Shown piece after piece: positions 29,458-38,620 of a stretch of 64,000 nucleotides of DNA (positions are counted from its first letter, which is position 1; each line of letters starts with the position of its first letter). The stretch lies in assembly GCA_049515535.1 (NCBI GenBank), contig JBEKTZ010000002.1:27787-91786 (forward strand). The letters run 5' to 3'. Below the pieces are notes generated by a model. It saw only the letters and a program-made list of their open reading frames with translations. It was not told where the DNA came from and ran no database searches. Origin of the DNA: Candidatus Aminicenantales bacterium (GTDB lineage Bacteria; Acidobacteriota; Aminicenantia; Aminicenantales; UBA4085). Both the position numbers and the translations under genes were made by a program.

Positions 29458-30867
29458 TCATTTCTCCTCGCCATCCGTTTTGCCCTTGACCGGCTCGACC
29501 GAAAGCACTCGGGCTTTGAACTTGTCGACGAAAGACCTGACGCCGGGGTCTTTCATGGCGATCTCGAAGTCTTTCTCTTTTCGGGAAACGAAGGGATCCT
29601 CCCTCGAGGAAACTTGTTTCATTTCCCCGGCGGGAGGCTTCATCCCGCCGCCGGACTTTTCCACGGACATGGGAACGGGAGACGCCGGAACCGCCGGCCG
29701 GGGCCGGTTTTCGACAACTTGTCCTCCGCCCTTCTTCGTCTCGCTGATGGACTGAATGACGTCCTTCAACGCTACGAGCTTTTTAAAATGGCAGAGCTTG
29801 ACCAGGACCGTTTCAAAGTAGATCTGGGGATGAGAGGAAAACCTTAAACCCTGTTCCGCGTTTTGAAGTGCCTGGAGACAGCGAAGGAGATCCTCGGCGG
29901 AGGCTTTGGCCGCTTCCGTCTTCAATTTCTCGAGGTCCTCGGACGTGAGCCGAAGAAGGTCGCTCGTTTTTTCGACGGATTTCACGACGAGCAGGTTTCG
30001 GAAATGTTGGATGAGCTCCTTATAAAAAAAACGCAAATCATAGCCCGATTTGATGACCTTATCGGCCAGAGAAAAAATGGATTCCGGCCGTTCGGCAAGG
30101 ACGGCTCCGGAAAATTCGAAAAGGAGGTCGCGATTGACGACGCCGAGGATCTCCTTGAGCTCCTGGTCGCCGATGTTTTCTCCGCAGAAAGCCACCGCCT
30201 GGTCAAGAAGGCTTTGGGCGTCGCGGATGCTCCCGTCCGAAGCGTCCGCGATCAGGTCCAGGCCGAAGGCGGAAATCGTCAGGCCTTCCTTCTTGGCGAG
30301 ATCATTGAGATGGTTGACGATGTCCTTATGCGAGACCTTTTTGAATTCGAAGTGCTGGCAGCGGGAGACGATCGTAGCCGGGACCTTGTGGAATTCCGTG
30401 GTGGCGAAAATGAAAATCGTCCCCGGCGGGGGTTCTTCGAGGGTCTTGAGCAGGGCATTGAACGCTGGCCCGGTGACCTGGTGGACTTCGTCGATGATGA
30501 TGATCTTGAAGCGGCTGTGCATGGCCTTGTATTGGACGGAATCCCGGAGCGATCGGATATCGTCGATCCCTCGATTCGAGGCGCCGTCGATTTCAAGGAC
30601 GTCGATCGAGCGGTCCTCGTGGATGGACAGGCATTGATCGCATTTGTTGCACGGCGTGGGCGTGGGGCCGTGCTCGCAGTTGAGGGCTTTGGCCAGGATG
30701 CGGGCCGCGGTCGTCTTGCCCACGCCCCTCATGCCCGAAAAAAGGTAGGCCTGGGCGACGCGATTGCTCTTGACCGCGTTTTGAAGCGTTTGGACGACGG
30801 TCTTCTGTCCGACCATTTCCTCGAAGGTCTTCGGTCTATATTTTCGGGCGTAAATTAAATAGCTCAT
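29458..30867 (-). CDS. dnaX: DNA polymerase III subunit gamma/tau
   Basis: ARKYRP, GMRGVGKTT, EIDGASNRG, IDEVH, FNALLKTLEEPP and SRC motifs. Confidence 0.96.
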   Translation of the reverse strand: MSYLIYARKYRPKTFEEMVGQKTVVQTLQNAVKSNRVAQAYLFSGMRGVGKTTAARILAKALNCEHGPTPTPCNKCDQCLSIHEDRSIDVLEIDGASNRGIDDIRSLRDSVQYKAMHSRFKIIIIDEVHQVTGPAFNALLKTLEEPPPGTIFIFATTEFHKVPATIVSRCQHFEFKKVSHKDIVNHLNDLAKKEGLTISAFGLDLIADASDGSIRDAQSLLDQAVAFCGENIGDQELKEILGVVNRDLLFEFSGAVLAERPESIFSLADKVIKSGYDLRFFYKELIQHFRNLLVVKSVEKTSDLLRLTSEDLEKLKTEAAKASAEDLLRCLQALQNAEQGLRFSSHPQIYFETVLVKLCHFKKLVALKDVIQSISETKKGGGQVVENRPRPAVPASPVPMSVEKSGGGMKPPAGEMKQVSSREDPFVSRKEKDFEIAMKDPGVRSFVDKFKARVLSVEPVKGKTDGEEK

Positions 30868-31045
30868 GAACGCTGGTAATAAGACTCCGGCAAGGAACTG
30901 AATTCCTTTTATTAGTAAGCGTTATCTTAGCATATCTCGTCGAAAAATAGAAAGATTTTTCTTTGGGGCAAGACAGAGTCCGTGCCGGTCCGCCCATCGC
31001 CCCTCCGCCTCCCTTGCCAAAGAAAAAGCGGCGGGAATATCGACC

Positions 31046-32050
31046 TCAGGAAAGGAGCTTCATCTTCATCCAGGGAGCGGAATTGTGGAAGTTGGCGACC
31101 GCGCTTCCCGGAGGAACGAGTTCGTCGCACGCCTTCCGGACGGACTCGTCGAGCGTCATCTCTATCGTCGGCAAGAGATGCCTGAACTGTTCGACCGTCC
31201 GCGGCCCGATGATCGGGGCGGTGATTCCCGGCTGTTCTTTGGCCCAAACGACCGCCAACTGCGCCGGTGAAACGCCGAGATCATGGGCGATCCGCGCGAA
31301 TTGCCGTCCGACCTGGACGCCCTTTTCGGTCACCCGTTCGGCGTAGATCCCTCCCCGCAGGGCGGCCCTGGAATCTTCGGGGAAGCTCCGCCCATCAGGA
31401 TAGCGGCCGGCCAAAACGCCCATCCCCAAAACTCCCCAGGGAATGAGGCCCAGGCCATGCTCCCGGCACATCGGGACGATCTCGTTCTCGATACGGCGAT
31501 CCAATAGATTGTAAGGAGGCTGTTCCGAGATAAAGCGGGCATATCCCTTGTTTTCGCTCGTCAGAACCGCCTCCAGGACTTTCCATGCCGGCGAAGTCGA
31601 GCTGCCGATATACAGGATCTTCCCCTGGCCGATGAGATACGTCAACGCTTCCAAGGTTTCCTCGATGGGGCAATCGAAAGAAGGCCGATGGGTCTGGTAG
31701 AGGTCGATATGGTCGGTCTGGAGCCGGCGGAGCGAGTTTTCGCAGGCCTGGAGGATATGACGCCGGGAGCCGCCCCGATCGTTGGGGCCCGGGCCCGTCG
31801 GATAAAAGATTTTCGTGGCAATGACGGCTTCATGGCGGCGCTTGTTCTTGGCCAATGTCCGGCCGATGATTCGCTCGCATTCGCCTTTCACATAGCTGTC
31901 GCTCGTGTCGATGAAATTGATACCGGCATCCAGAGCGGCCTCGATCATCGAGGCGCACTCGTCTTCCGGCGTGGGGTTGGCGAAATTATCCGTGCCCAGA
32001 CAAAGAGGCGAAACTTTGAGGCCCGATCGACCCAGGGTTCTGTAATCCAT
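31046..32050 (-). CDS. Aldo/keto reductase
   Basis: [35 protein letters not shown] and EQPPYNLL motifs. Confidence 0.92.
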   Translation of the reverse strand: MDYRTLGRSGLKVSPLCLGTDNFANPTPEDECASMIEAALDAGINFIDTSDSYVKGECERIIGRTLAKNKRRHEAVIATKIFYPTGPGPNDRGGSRRHILQACENSLRRLQTDHIDLYQTHRPSFDCPIEETLEALTYLIGQGKILYIGSSTSPAWKVLEAVLTSENKGYARFISEQPPYNLLDRRIENEIVPMCREHGLGLIPWGVLGMGVLAGRYPDGRSFPEDSRAALRGGIYAERVTEKGVQVGRQFARIAHDLGVSPAQLAVVWAKEQPGITAPIIGPRTVEQFRHLLPTIEMTLDESVRKACDELVPPGSAVANFHNSAPWMKMKLLS

Positions 32051-32074
32051 GGAAATATCCTCTCATAAATCAGA

Positions 32075-32824
32075 TCAGCGGGCTGTGTAGCCCGCGTCAA
32101 TCGTGATCATAGATCCTGTGATATAGCTGGCCGCGTCGGAAGCCAGGAACAGGACCACGCGCGCGATCTCGACCGGATCAGCCAGCCGTCCCATGGGGAC
32201 CATGGTTTCTCCAAGCTTTTTCAAATCATCGGGGGTCGGAGGCGACGGCCGGCCGGAGGCCAACATCGGCGTGTTGACTTCCCCCGGGCAGACGGCATTG
32301 ATCCGGATGCCGTCTCTTGCGTAGTCGAGAGCCATGGCTCGGGTCAGGTTATGGACGGCTCCCTTGCTGGCGCAATACGCTACCACCCCCGCAGCGCCCA
32401 CGCCGCCCCAGATAGAGCCGAAATTGACGATGACGCCGGTCTTCTGTTTTTTCATGACGCCGACAGCGGCTCGACTCATGAAAAAAACGCCGTCGACGTT
32501 GACGGCCATCACCCGCCGCCAATCGGCGTCCGATGTGCCCCGGGCATCGGCTCTGAAAATGACGCCGGCACAATTGACCAGAATGTCCAGCCGGCCGTGG
32601 CGAGTCAGAGCCGTCCCGACGGCCTTCTCGCAAAAAGCGGAATCGCTGACATCCCCGATGACGGGTTCTGGAGCGCCGATTTCGGCCGCGACCTTTTTGG
32701 CCAGCGGGCCGTTCTGATCGACGATGACGACGCGCGCCCCCGCCGCGGTGAATTCCCGGGCGGTCGCGGCACCCATGCCGGACGCGCCGCCGGTGATCAA
32801 GGCCGTCTTTCCCGCAAAGTCCAT
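32075..32824 (-). CDS. Classical short-chain dehydrogenase/reductase
   Basis: TGGASGMG, NCAG, YCASK and IRINAVCPG; probable start MDFAGK. Confidence 0.92.
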   Translation of the reverse strand: MDFAGKTALITGGASGMGAATAREFTAAGARVVIVDQNGPLAKKVAAEIGAPEPVIGDVSDSAFCEKAVGTALTRHGRLDILVNCAGVIFRADARGTSDADWRRVMAVNVDGVFFMSRAAVGVMKKQKTGVIVNFGSIWGGVGAAGVVAYCASKGAVHNLTRAMALDYARDGIRINAVCPGEVNTPMLASGRPSPPTPDDLKKLGETMVPMGRLADPVEIARVVLFLASDAASYITGSMITIDAGYTAR

Positions 32825-33015
32825 GCTAATCTCCCCTCGATCGATTTCAAGGTCATATATATCAAAGATGCGGAGCGTGGTCAATTTGGCCGACGATGGA
32901 ATTCAGATCGCGCGCGGATCGATATTGACGTCCCCCATGGAATTTGATATCAAGGAGGCGCTATGAACGAATGCTTATTTATCGCCCTATTATTTTCTTT
33001 TTCCAAGAGTGAATC

Positions 33016-33906
33016 ATGAAGTACTTTTTGCTCGCCCTCATCAGCTTCTCGGGCGCCGTTTTCGCCTTCTTTTTCCTGGGAGACATCTATCGGAAGCGCA
33101 AGGACTTCTCCAAAGCATCGTGGATGCCGCTTCTGTTCATCGGCTTTTTAGCCGATTTCCTGGACACGCTCGGCATCGGCAGCTTTGCCGTGACCACGTC
33201 GTTTTACAAGTTCACCAAGCTCGTTGACGACAGGGTCATCCCTGGGACGCTCAATGCCGGGCATTGCCTTCCCACGATCACCGAGGCCTTGATTTTCATC
33301 ACCGTCGTCCAGGTGGCTCCATCGACGCTCCTCTCCCTGATGTTCGCCGCCACCCTGGGCGCGGTCCTCGGTGCCGGCGCGGTCGCCAAGATGCCGGTCA
33401 ATAAAATCAGGTTTGGTCTGGGAAGCGCCCTGCTCCTGGTCGTCATCGCCATGCTGGCCGGTATGTTGAACATCATGCCCAGCGGCGGAGATGCGTTCGG
33501 CCTTACGAATTGGAAATTGGCCGTGGCCATAGGCGTGATCTTTATCCTGGGAGCGCTCCAGACGATTGGCATCGGGCTCTATGCCCCCTGCATGGCCTTG
33601 GTCTATTCCCTAGGCATGAATCCGAGAGCGGCATTTCCCATCATGATGGGCGCCTGCGCCCTGCTCATGCCCTGGTGCAGCATCAGGTTCGTCCGGAGGT
33701 CATCCTACGACCCCAAAGCCTCCTTCGGCTTGACGGCACTCGGCATTATCGGCGTTCTTATCGCGGCTTATATCGTCAAATCGCTTCCTTTGACGATCCT
33801 CAAGTGGGTGGTCGTGGTCGTCATCCTTTATACGTCGATCATGATGTTCCTGTCGATCAAAAAGAAAGACAGCCCCGCGACCTCGTCCGAAGCCTGTCGA
33901 AGCTGA
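33016..33906 (+). CDS. TauE/SafE (TSUP) family membrane permease
   Basis: Hydrophobic throughout; DFLDTLGIGSFA, PGTLN, GIGLYAPC and AFPIMMG motifs. Confidence 0.8.
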   Translation: MKYFLLALISFSGAVFAFFFLGDIYRKRKDFSKASWMPLLFIGFLADFLDTLGIGSFAVTTSFYKFTKLVDDRVIPGTLNAGHCLPTITEALIFITVVQVAPSTLLSLMFAATLGAVLGAGAVAKMPVNKIRFGLGSALLLVVIAMLAGMLNIMPSGGDAFGLTNWKLAVAIGVIFILGALQTIGIGLYAPCMALVYSLGMNPRAAFPIMMGACALLMPWCSIRFVRRSSYDPKASFGLTALGIIGVLIAAYIVKSLPLTILKWVVVVVILYTSIMMFLSIKKKDSPATSSEACRS

Positions 33907-33929
33907 GGCCGACGGCAAAAACCGGGCTT

Positions 33930-34808
33930 TCAAATCTTCGGCCGGAGGCTCAGATTAACGCGGATATCCAGCGTCGGCCCCTTGATCTCCACGAGACCGT
34001 ATTTTTCCCGGAAATCGATGAACGTGAAAGAGGTGTCTCGCATTTCAAGGATCTTCAAATACGGATCGAGATTCGCCAGAAGATTTTGATAAATCCCAGC
34101 GGCCCGGATGCCATCCGGATACGGGATGATGAAACGGGTGAAGGCGGATTCGGAGTTTTCCTTATAATTCGCCACGACGCCGAAGATCTTGCCTTCGAGC
34201 TGAAGGATATCTCCCTCCCCGAACGTAAAAAAAGGCTGCAAGACGACGGGTCCCCGGATAAGCCGTTCCGAACCCGCAATACGGTCTTTTTGGGGAAGAA
34301 GGTCGAACAGCCGCTTGGATACGGGTTCATCCGTGAGATTTTTCAGAACCGCGCCGGCCAACGCAACCATGGCCGGAAGGAGATTTTCTCCTCCCCTGAA
34401 ATTATCGATAAGCACGAAATATTTTCCCTTGAGGATCGTCGCCTGCGTCGATTCGCTCGAATTGCGGGCCGGGATCTCGGCCAGAGGCGTCTCCCTCCCG
34501 CATTTCATGAGATAAACGCCGAGCGCCGAGTTCGGGCCCTCCATCTCATATATTTCGAGCGTCAGTTCGCCCGGCCCTTTCTTATAGCGCTGGATCGTGA
34601 CCCGCTCGAACCCGAATTCGAGAAACAGATCGGCTCCGCCGTCGATGTGGTTGAAAAGGTCGGTCTTTATGAAAATTTCCGGTTTCGCTTCCTTTTTCCA
34701 GCCGGGAAGGAAGTTATCTCCGGGAAGGACGATCTCGGCGCCCATCGAAAAAACCGGCCCAAGGATGATAAGAACGAACAATAAGAACACGCAACGACCC
34801 GGTTTCAA
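33930..34808 (-). CDS. Exported protein, DUF6599-like
   Basis: TTG start, signal peptide, and LFNHIDGGADLFLEFGF...LEIYEM...ALGVY pattern. Confidence 0.6.
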   Translation of the reverse strand: MKPGRCVFLLFVLIILGPVFSMGAEIVLPGDNFLPGWKKEAKPEIFIKTDLFNHIDGGADLFLEFGFERVTIQRYKKGPGELTLEIYEMEGPNSALGVYLMKCGRETPLAEIPARNSSESTQATILKGKYFVLIDNFRGGENLLPAMVALAGAVLKNLTDEPVSKRLFDLLPQKDRIAGSERLIRGPVVLQPFFTFGEGDILQLEGKIFGVVANYKENSESAFTRFIIPYPDGIRAAGIYQNLLANLDPYLKILEMRDTSFTFIDFREKYGLVEIKGPTLDIRVNLSLRPKI

Positions 34809-34871
34809 TTTCGCTCCATGAGGGTGGGATCGAACGCCAAATCGCGAAATCCCCGTCCTCCGCCTATCGTC

Positions 34872-36104
34872 TTATCCTTTGATATGGTCGAGTTTGTCCG
34901 CCCGCACGACGCCCAGTCCGAGGCGTTCGGCGTAGCGGAGATATTCCGTGAAACGGGGGTTCTCGTTCACCGGCACGCCCATGCTTTTCCTCTTCGCGAC
35001 GAGCTGATTGTGACAGACCATATCCAGGGCGAACGGGTCGGTCGCGAAAAAGAGCGTATTGTAAACATAGGTGAATTTCGCGTCGGCGGCCGGCCCGCCG
35101 TCGTACTGGGCGCGAAGGCCGTCCGTGATGTTCAGAACCAGTTTGTCGCGGACGGCAGGGAAAGCCGGAACTTCGACACAGACGTCCAAAAACAAGGGCG
35201 CGTGCAGTCTGTTGGTGTTGCAGACCGCTCCGAAGCCGATATTTTTCGTGGCCATGGAAATGGCGTTTCCCGTGTTCTTGAAAACCGGGATGTTGATGAT
35301 CTTCGTCAGCTTTTTGGTCAGGAGCTTGCCGAAATAGGAATACTTTCCGTTGAAGACGTGCTGGTTCAGGTAAGCCAGGTCTTTCGGCCCTTCGACATCG
35401 GCCCAGTAATAGGCGTCCTGATCGAAATTCGGAACGCTGACGTGCGTTCCGTCCGGGTTCAGCCATCGGCTGTTGTCTTTCGTCTTCCCTTCTTGGGCAT
35501 CCTCGTCCATCGTCTGGAGCCCCTCGATGCCGATGCCGGGATAACGCTCGGCCGTGAAACCCGCGTCTTTGAGCATATAATCGAATCGGTCCCATATGAT
35601 GATGTTCGAGCGCTTGAGCCCATTGTCCGTCAGCCAGCCGATGACGGCATCCACGACTTCGAGGCGCGAGCTGATCAGTCCGGGTCCCACGGGATTGACT
35701 TTGATCCCGACGACATCGTCCTTCGAAAAAAACAGCCCGAAGCTGTCTTTGAGGTTCGTTCCCGTCAGCTTGGTGATTCCCTTCGCCGCCATTTCCTTGA
35801 TGACGGCGGCGTTCGGCTTTCCGTCCGGCATGGATTTGGGATCGGAAATTTCAACGACCTTGCCGGGAAACGGCCCGGGAAGCGAAAGCTTCGTTTTGGG
35901 GACTTTCATCGCTTCTTCGATATTCGTCTTCGGCCTCGGCGGAGGCGTCTTTTGAGCCGGCGCGCTTTGGCCGGGCCCCCGACCGGCGTCGAGGAACCGG
36001 TTGCCGAGAACGAGACCTGCCCCGACCGCTCCGCTCCATTTGAAAAAATCCCGCCGATCGATCGAACCTTCGGATTTCAGAGATCGATATCCGTGTTTTT
36101 TCAT
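34872..36104 (-). CDS. Tat-exported DUF362 domain protein
   Basis: Twin-arginine DRRDFFK; DVVGIKVN, IINIPVFKNT..ISMATKN and DPFALD motifs. Confidence 0.8.
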   Translation of the reverse strand: MKKHGYRSLKSEGSIDRRDFFKWSGAVGAGLVLGNRFLDAGRGPGQSAPAQKTPPPRPKTNIEEAMKVPKTKLSLPGPFPGKVVEISDPKSMPDGKPNAAVIKEMAAKGITKLTGTNLKDSFGLFFSKDDVVGIKVNPVGPGLISSRLEVVDAVIGWLTDNGLKRSNIIIWDRFDYMLKDAGFTAERYPGIGIEGLQTMDEDAQEGKTKDNSRWLNPDGTHVSVPNFDQDAYYWADVEGPKDLAYLNQHVFNGKYSYFGKLLTKKLTKIINIPVFKNTGNAISMATKNIGFGAVCNTNRLHAPLFLDVCVEVPAFPAVRDKLVLNITDGLRAQYDGGPAADAKFTYVYNTLFFATDPFALDMVCHNQLVAKRKSMGVPVNENPRFTEYLRYAERLGLGVVRADKLDHIKG

Positions 36105-36111
36105 GGCCGAC

Positions 36112-37320
36112 TTAATTCTCGAGCTTGATGAATACGCCCTTGATCCTGTCGAACGCCCAATCGAGATCGTTCTTCTTGACGATCAGCGGCGGCGCGAAAC
36201 GGATGACGTCGTCGTGCGTTTCTTTGCATAAAAGGCCGGCGTCTTTGAGCTCTTCGCAGAAACGGCGGGCCCCGCCGGCCGCGGGATAAAGCTCGATGCC
36301 GATCAGCAATCCCATGCCGCGAACTTCTTTGATGTGCCGGCTCTTAAGCGTCTTGAGTTTTTTGATGAAATAGCGGCCCTGGACGGCCGCATTCTGAACC
36401 AACTTTTCGTCCTTGATGACGCGAAGCGCTTCCCGGGCCACGGCGCAGGCGAGCGGATTTCCACCGAAGGTCGAGCCATGTTCGCCGGGCTTATAAACTC
36501 CAAGGACGTCCCGCATGGCCAGCACGGCCGAAATCGGATAGCATCCTCCGCCCAGAGACTTGCCGATGACGACCATATCGGGTTTGAAGCCTTCATGTTC
36601 GTAGGCGAAGAGCTTTCCTGTGCGGCCCAGCCCCGTCTGGATCTCATCGGCAATGAACAGAACGTTGTTCTTCCCGCAGATGTCCTTGGCTTTTTTGAGA
36701 TAGCCCGGGGAAGGAATCAGGATGCCCGCTTCGGCCTGGCAAGGCTCGACGAGGAAAGCGGCCGTGTTGGGCGTGATCGCATTTTCGAGGGCCTCGACGT
36801 CATCAAACGGAATGATCTTGAAGCCGGGCGTAAAGGGCCCAAAGTCCTTACGGTAGAGCGGCTCGGTCGAAAAGCTGATGACGGTGACCGTCCGGCCGTG
36901 GAAATTGTTCCGGCAGGCGATGATCTCGGCCTGATCCTGGGCCAAGCCCTTTTTCTGATAAGCCCATTTGCGCGCGGTCTTGATCGCCGTCTCGACGGCT
37001 TCGGCGCCCGAGTTCATGGCCAGGACCATTTCGTATCCGGCCATTTGACAGAGTTCCTTCGTCAGCATCGGCCATTGGTCGTTGCGGAAAGCGCGCGATG
37101 TCAGGGTCAGATTCCTGGACTGCGCTTGAAGAGCCTTGATGATCCGGGGATGGCAGTGTCCCTGGTTCAAGGCCGAATAGGAGCTCAGAAAATCCAGGTA
37201 CTTTCGGCCCTCCACGTCCCAGACCCAGATGCCTTTGGCCTTGGTGATGACCACGTCGAGAGGATGATAATTATGCGCGCCGTACTTGTCTTCGATGGCG
37301 ATGAATTGTTTGGCGTTCAT
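36112..37320 (-). CDS. rocD: Ornithine--oxo-acid aminotransferase
   Basis: YGAHNYHPL, SYSALNQGHCHP, MNSGAEAVETAIK, DEIQTGLGRTG and HGSTFGGNPL. Confidence 0.95.
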   Translation of the reverse strand: MNAKQFIAIEDKYGAHNYHPLDVVITKAKGIWVWDVEGRKYLDFLSSYSALNQGHCHPRIIKALQAQSRNLTLTSRAFRNDQWPMLTKELCQMAGYEMVLAMNSGAEAVETAIKTARKWAYQKKGLAQDQAEIIACRNNFHGRTVTVISFSTEPLYRKDFGPFTPGFKIIPFDDVEALENAITPNTAAFLVEPCQAEAGILIPSPGYLKKAKDICGKNNVLFIADEIQTGLGRTGKLFAYEHEGFKPDMVVIGKSLGGGCYPISAVLAMRDVLGVYKPGEHGSTFGGNPLACAVAREALRVIKDEKLVQNAAVQGRYFIKKLKTLKSRHIKEVRGMGLLIGIELYPAAGGARRFCEELKDAGLLCKETHDDVIRFAPPLIVKKNDLDWAFDRIKGVFIKLEN

Positions 37321-37364
37321 GAGGACTCCTTTCCAGAATCGATCAGCGCTTCAGGATCGTGAAA

Positions 37365-37453
<89 letters not shown>

Positions 37454-37600
37454 ACAGCCGGAAGGTCGCTGGCAGAGAAAATTACGTTACCAGAAATCAG
37501 GAACGCGGTCAAACATGGAGCACAGGGGCGGCCATCGCCATGTCGGGATCATTTTGAATAGGGCCGCGGTCTCGCTCATATCCCGAGGAGAGGGTTTTCT

Positions 37601-38620
37601 TCATGGCCGATAAATATTGATGATATCCTTGAGAATGGCCGCGGCGGTCCCCCGCGGATCGGATCGGCCTCCCATCACGGTTATGGGGCCCATAGTATCG
37701 GTAAAAAACGTGATGCCCTTGTTCGTTCCCGAAACACCGAAAAGCGGATGCGTCTTGTCGATGGAGACCAGCTTCACCTCCGCCCACGACGCGCCGTTCT
37801 CTTTGGCGAACCGTCCCAATAGCTTGAGCGCCCTGCCTTTTTCCGCGGCTTTCCTCATGTCATCCTGAGTCACGCTCCGGATGCTTTCGCGCCGAACGTC
37901 GGACAAGCGGAAACTCGTTCCGGCGACCGAGTTGGCGATCAGGAGGATCTTGCAGGCCGTGTCCCAACCGTCCACGTCCAAAGACGGGTCGGGCTCGGCG
38001 ATCCCCTTCTCCTGCGTTTCCCGCAACGCGTCCGAAAAAGAGACGCCGCCTTCCATCCCGGTCAGAATATGGTTCGTGACTCCGTTGAGGATTCCCTCGA
38101 TGCGGAAAATCTCCGTCCCGGCCAGGGCGAACAGCCCGACGTCCAAAGTCGGCAGGGCGGCCGCCGTCGCGCCGCCGTATTTCAAGCCCACGCTATTCTT
38201 CCGGGCGAGGGCCGTCATTTCCGTGAAATGGAGGACCAAAGCGCCCTTGCTCGCGGCGGCGACATGCCACCGTTTTTCCAAAGCCGCGATCATATGGCCC
38301 AACCCGGGCTCCCCCGTTTGGATATTGGTCGGCGTGGCTTCAACAAAAACACCCGGTTCCAGGCGGGAGAAAACGTCAGCGAGTCCAAGTCCCGATTGCC
38401 AGGCCGGATGCCGGGTCGTCTCGGCCGCGGGAAGTTCGACGATCTCGTCCCATTCCGGAAGCGTTAGGCCGAAGAATCCTCCGGCCGTTTTCAAGACGGC
38501 TTTCAAATGGAGATCCAGGCCGTAGCGTTCCCGGCACATCGTCTTTTTTTCGTTCGTCAAACGGATAAAGGCGCGGCCGACGTTTCCGAAGCCGGCGAGG
38601 ACCAGAGGAACGGCCTGCAT
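37601..38620 (-). CDS. hom: Homoserine dehydrogenase (short form, no ACT domain)
   Basis: AGFGNVG, ASKG, GILNGVTN and GIAEPDPSLDVDGWDTACK. Confidence 0.9.
   Translation of the reverse strand: MQAVPLVLAGFGNVGRAFIRLTNEKKTMCRERYGLDLHLKAVLKTAGGFFGLTLPEWDEIVELPAAETTRHPAWQSGLGLADVFSRLEPGVFVEATPTNIQTGEPGLGHMIAALEKRWHVAAASKGALVLHFTEMTALARKNSVGLKYGGATAAALPTLDVGLFALAGTEIFRIEGILNGVTNHILTGMEGGVSFSDALRETQEKGIAEPDPSLDVDGWDTACKILLIANSVAGTSFRLSDVRRESIRSVTQDDMRKAAEKGRALKLLGRFAKENGASWAEVKLVSIDKTHPLFGVSGTNKGITFFTDTMGPITVMGGRSDPRGTAAAILKDIINIYRP

Noticed and set aside
29775-30031. Possible programmed frameshift or slippage sites in dnaX (TTT AAA AAG near 29780; T8 run near 30024-30031)
   Set aside because: The first is not a valid X XXY YYZ heptamer, unlike A AAA AAG. 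The run of 8 is short and lies mid-domain, so nothing supports a gamma/tau switch.
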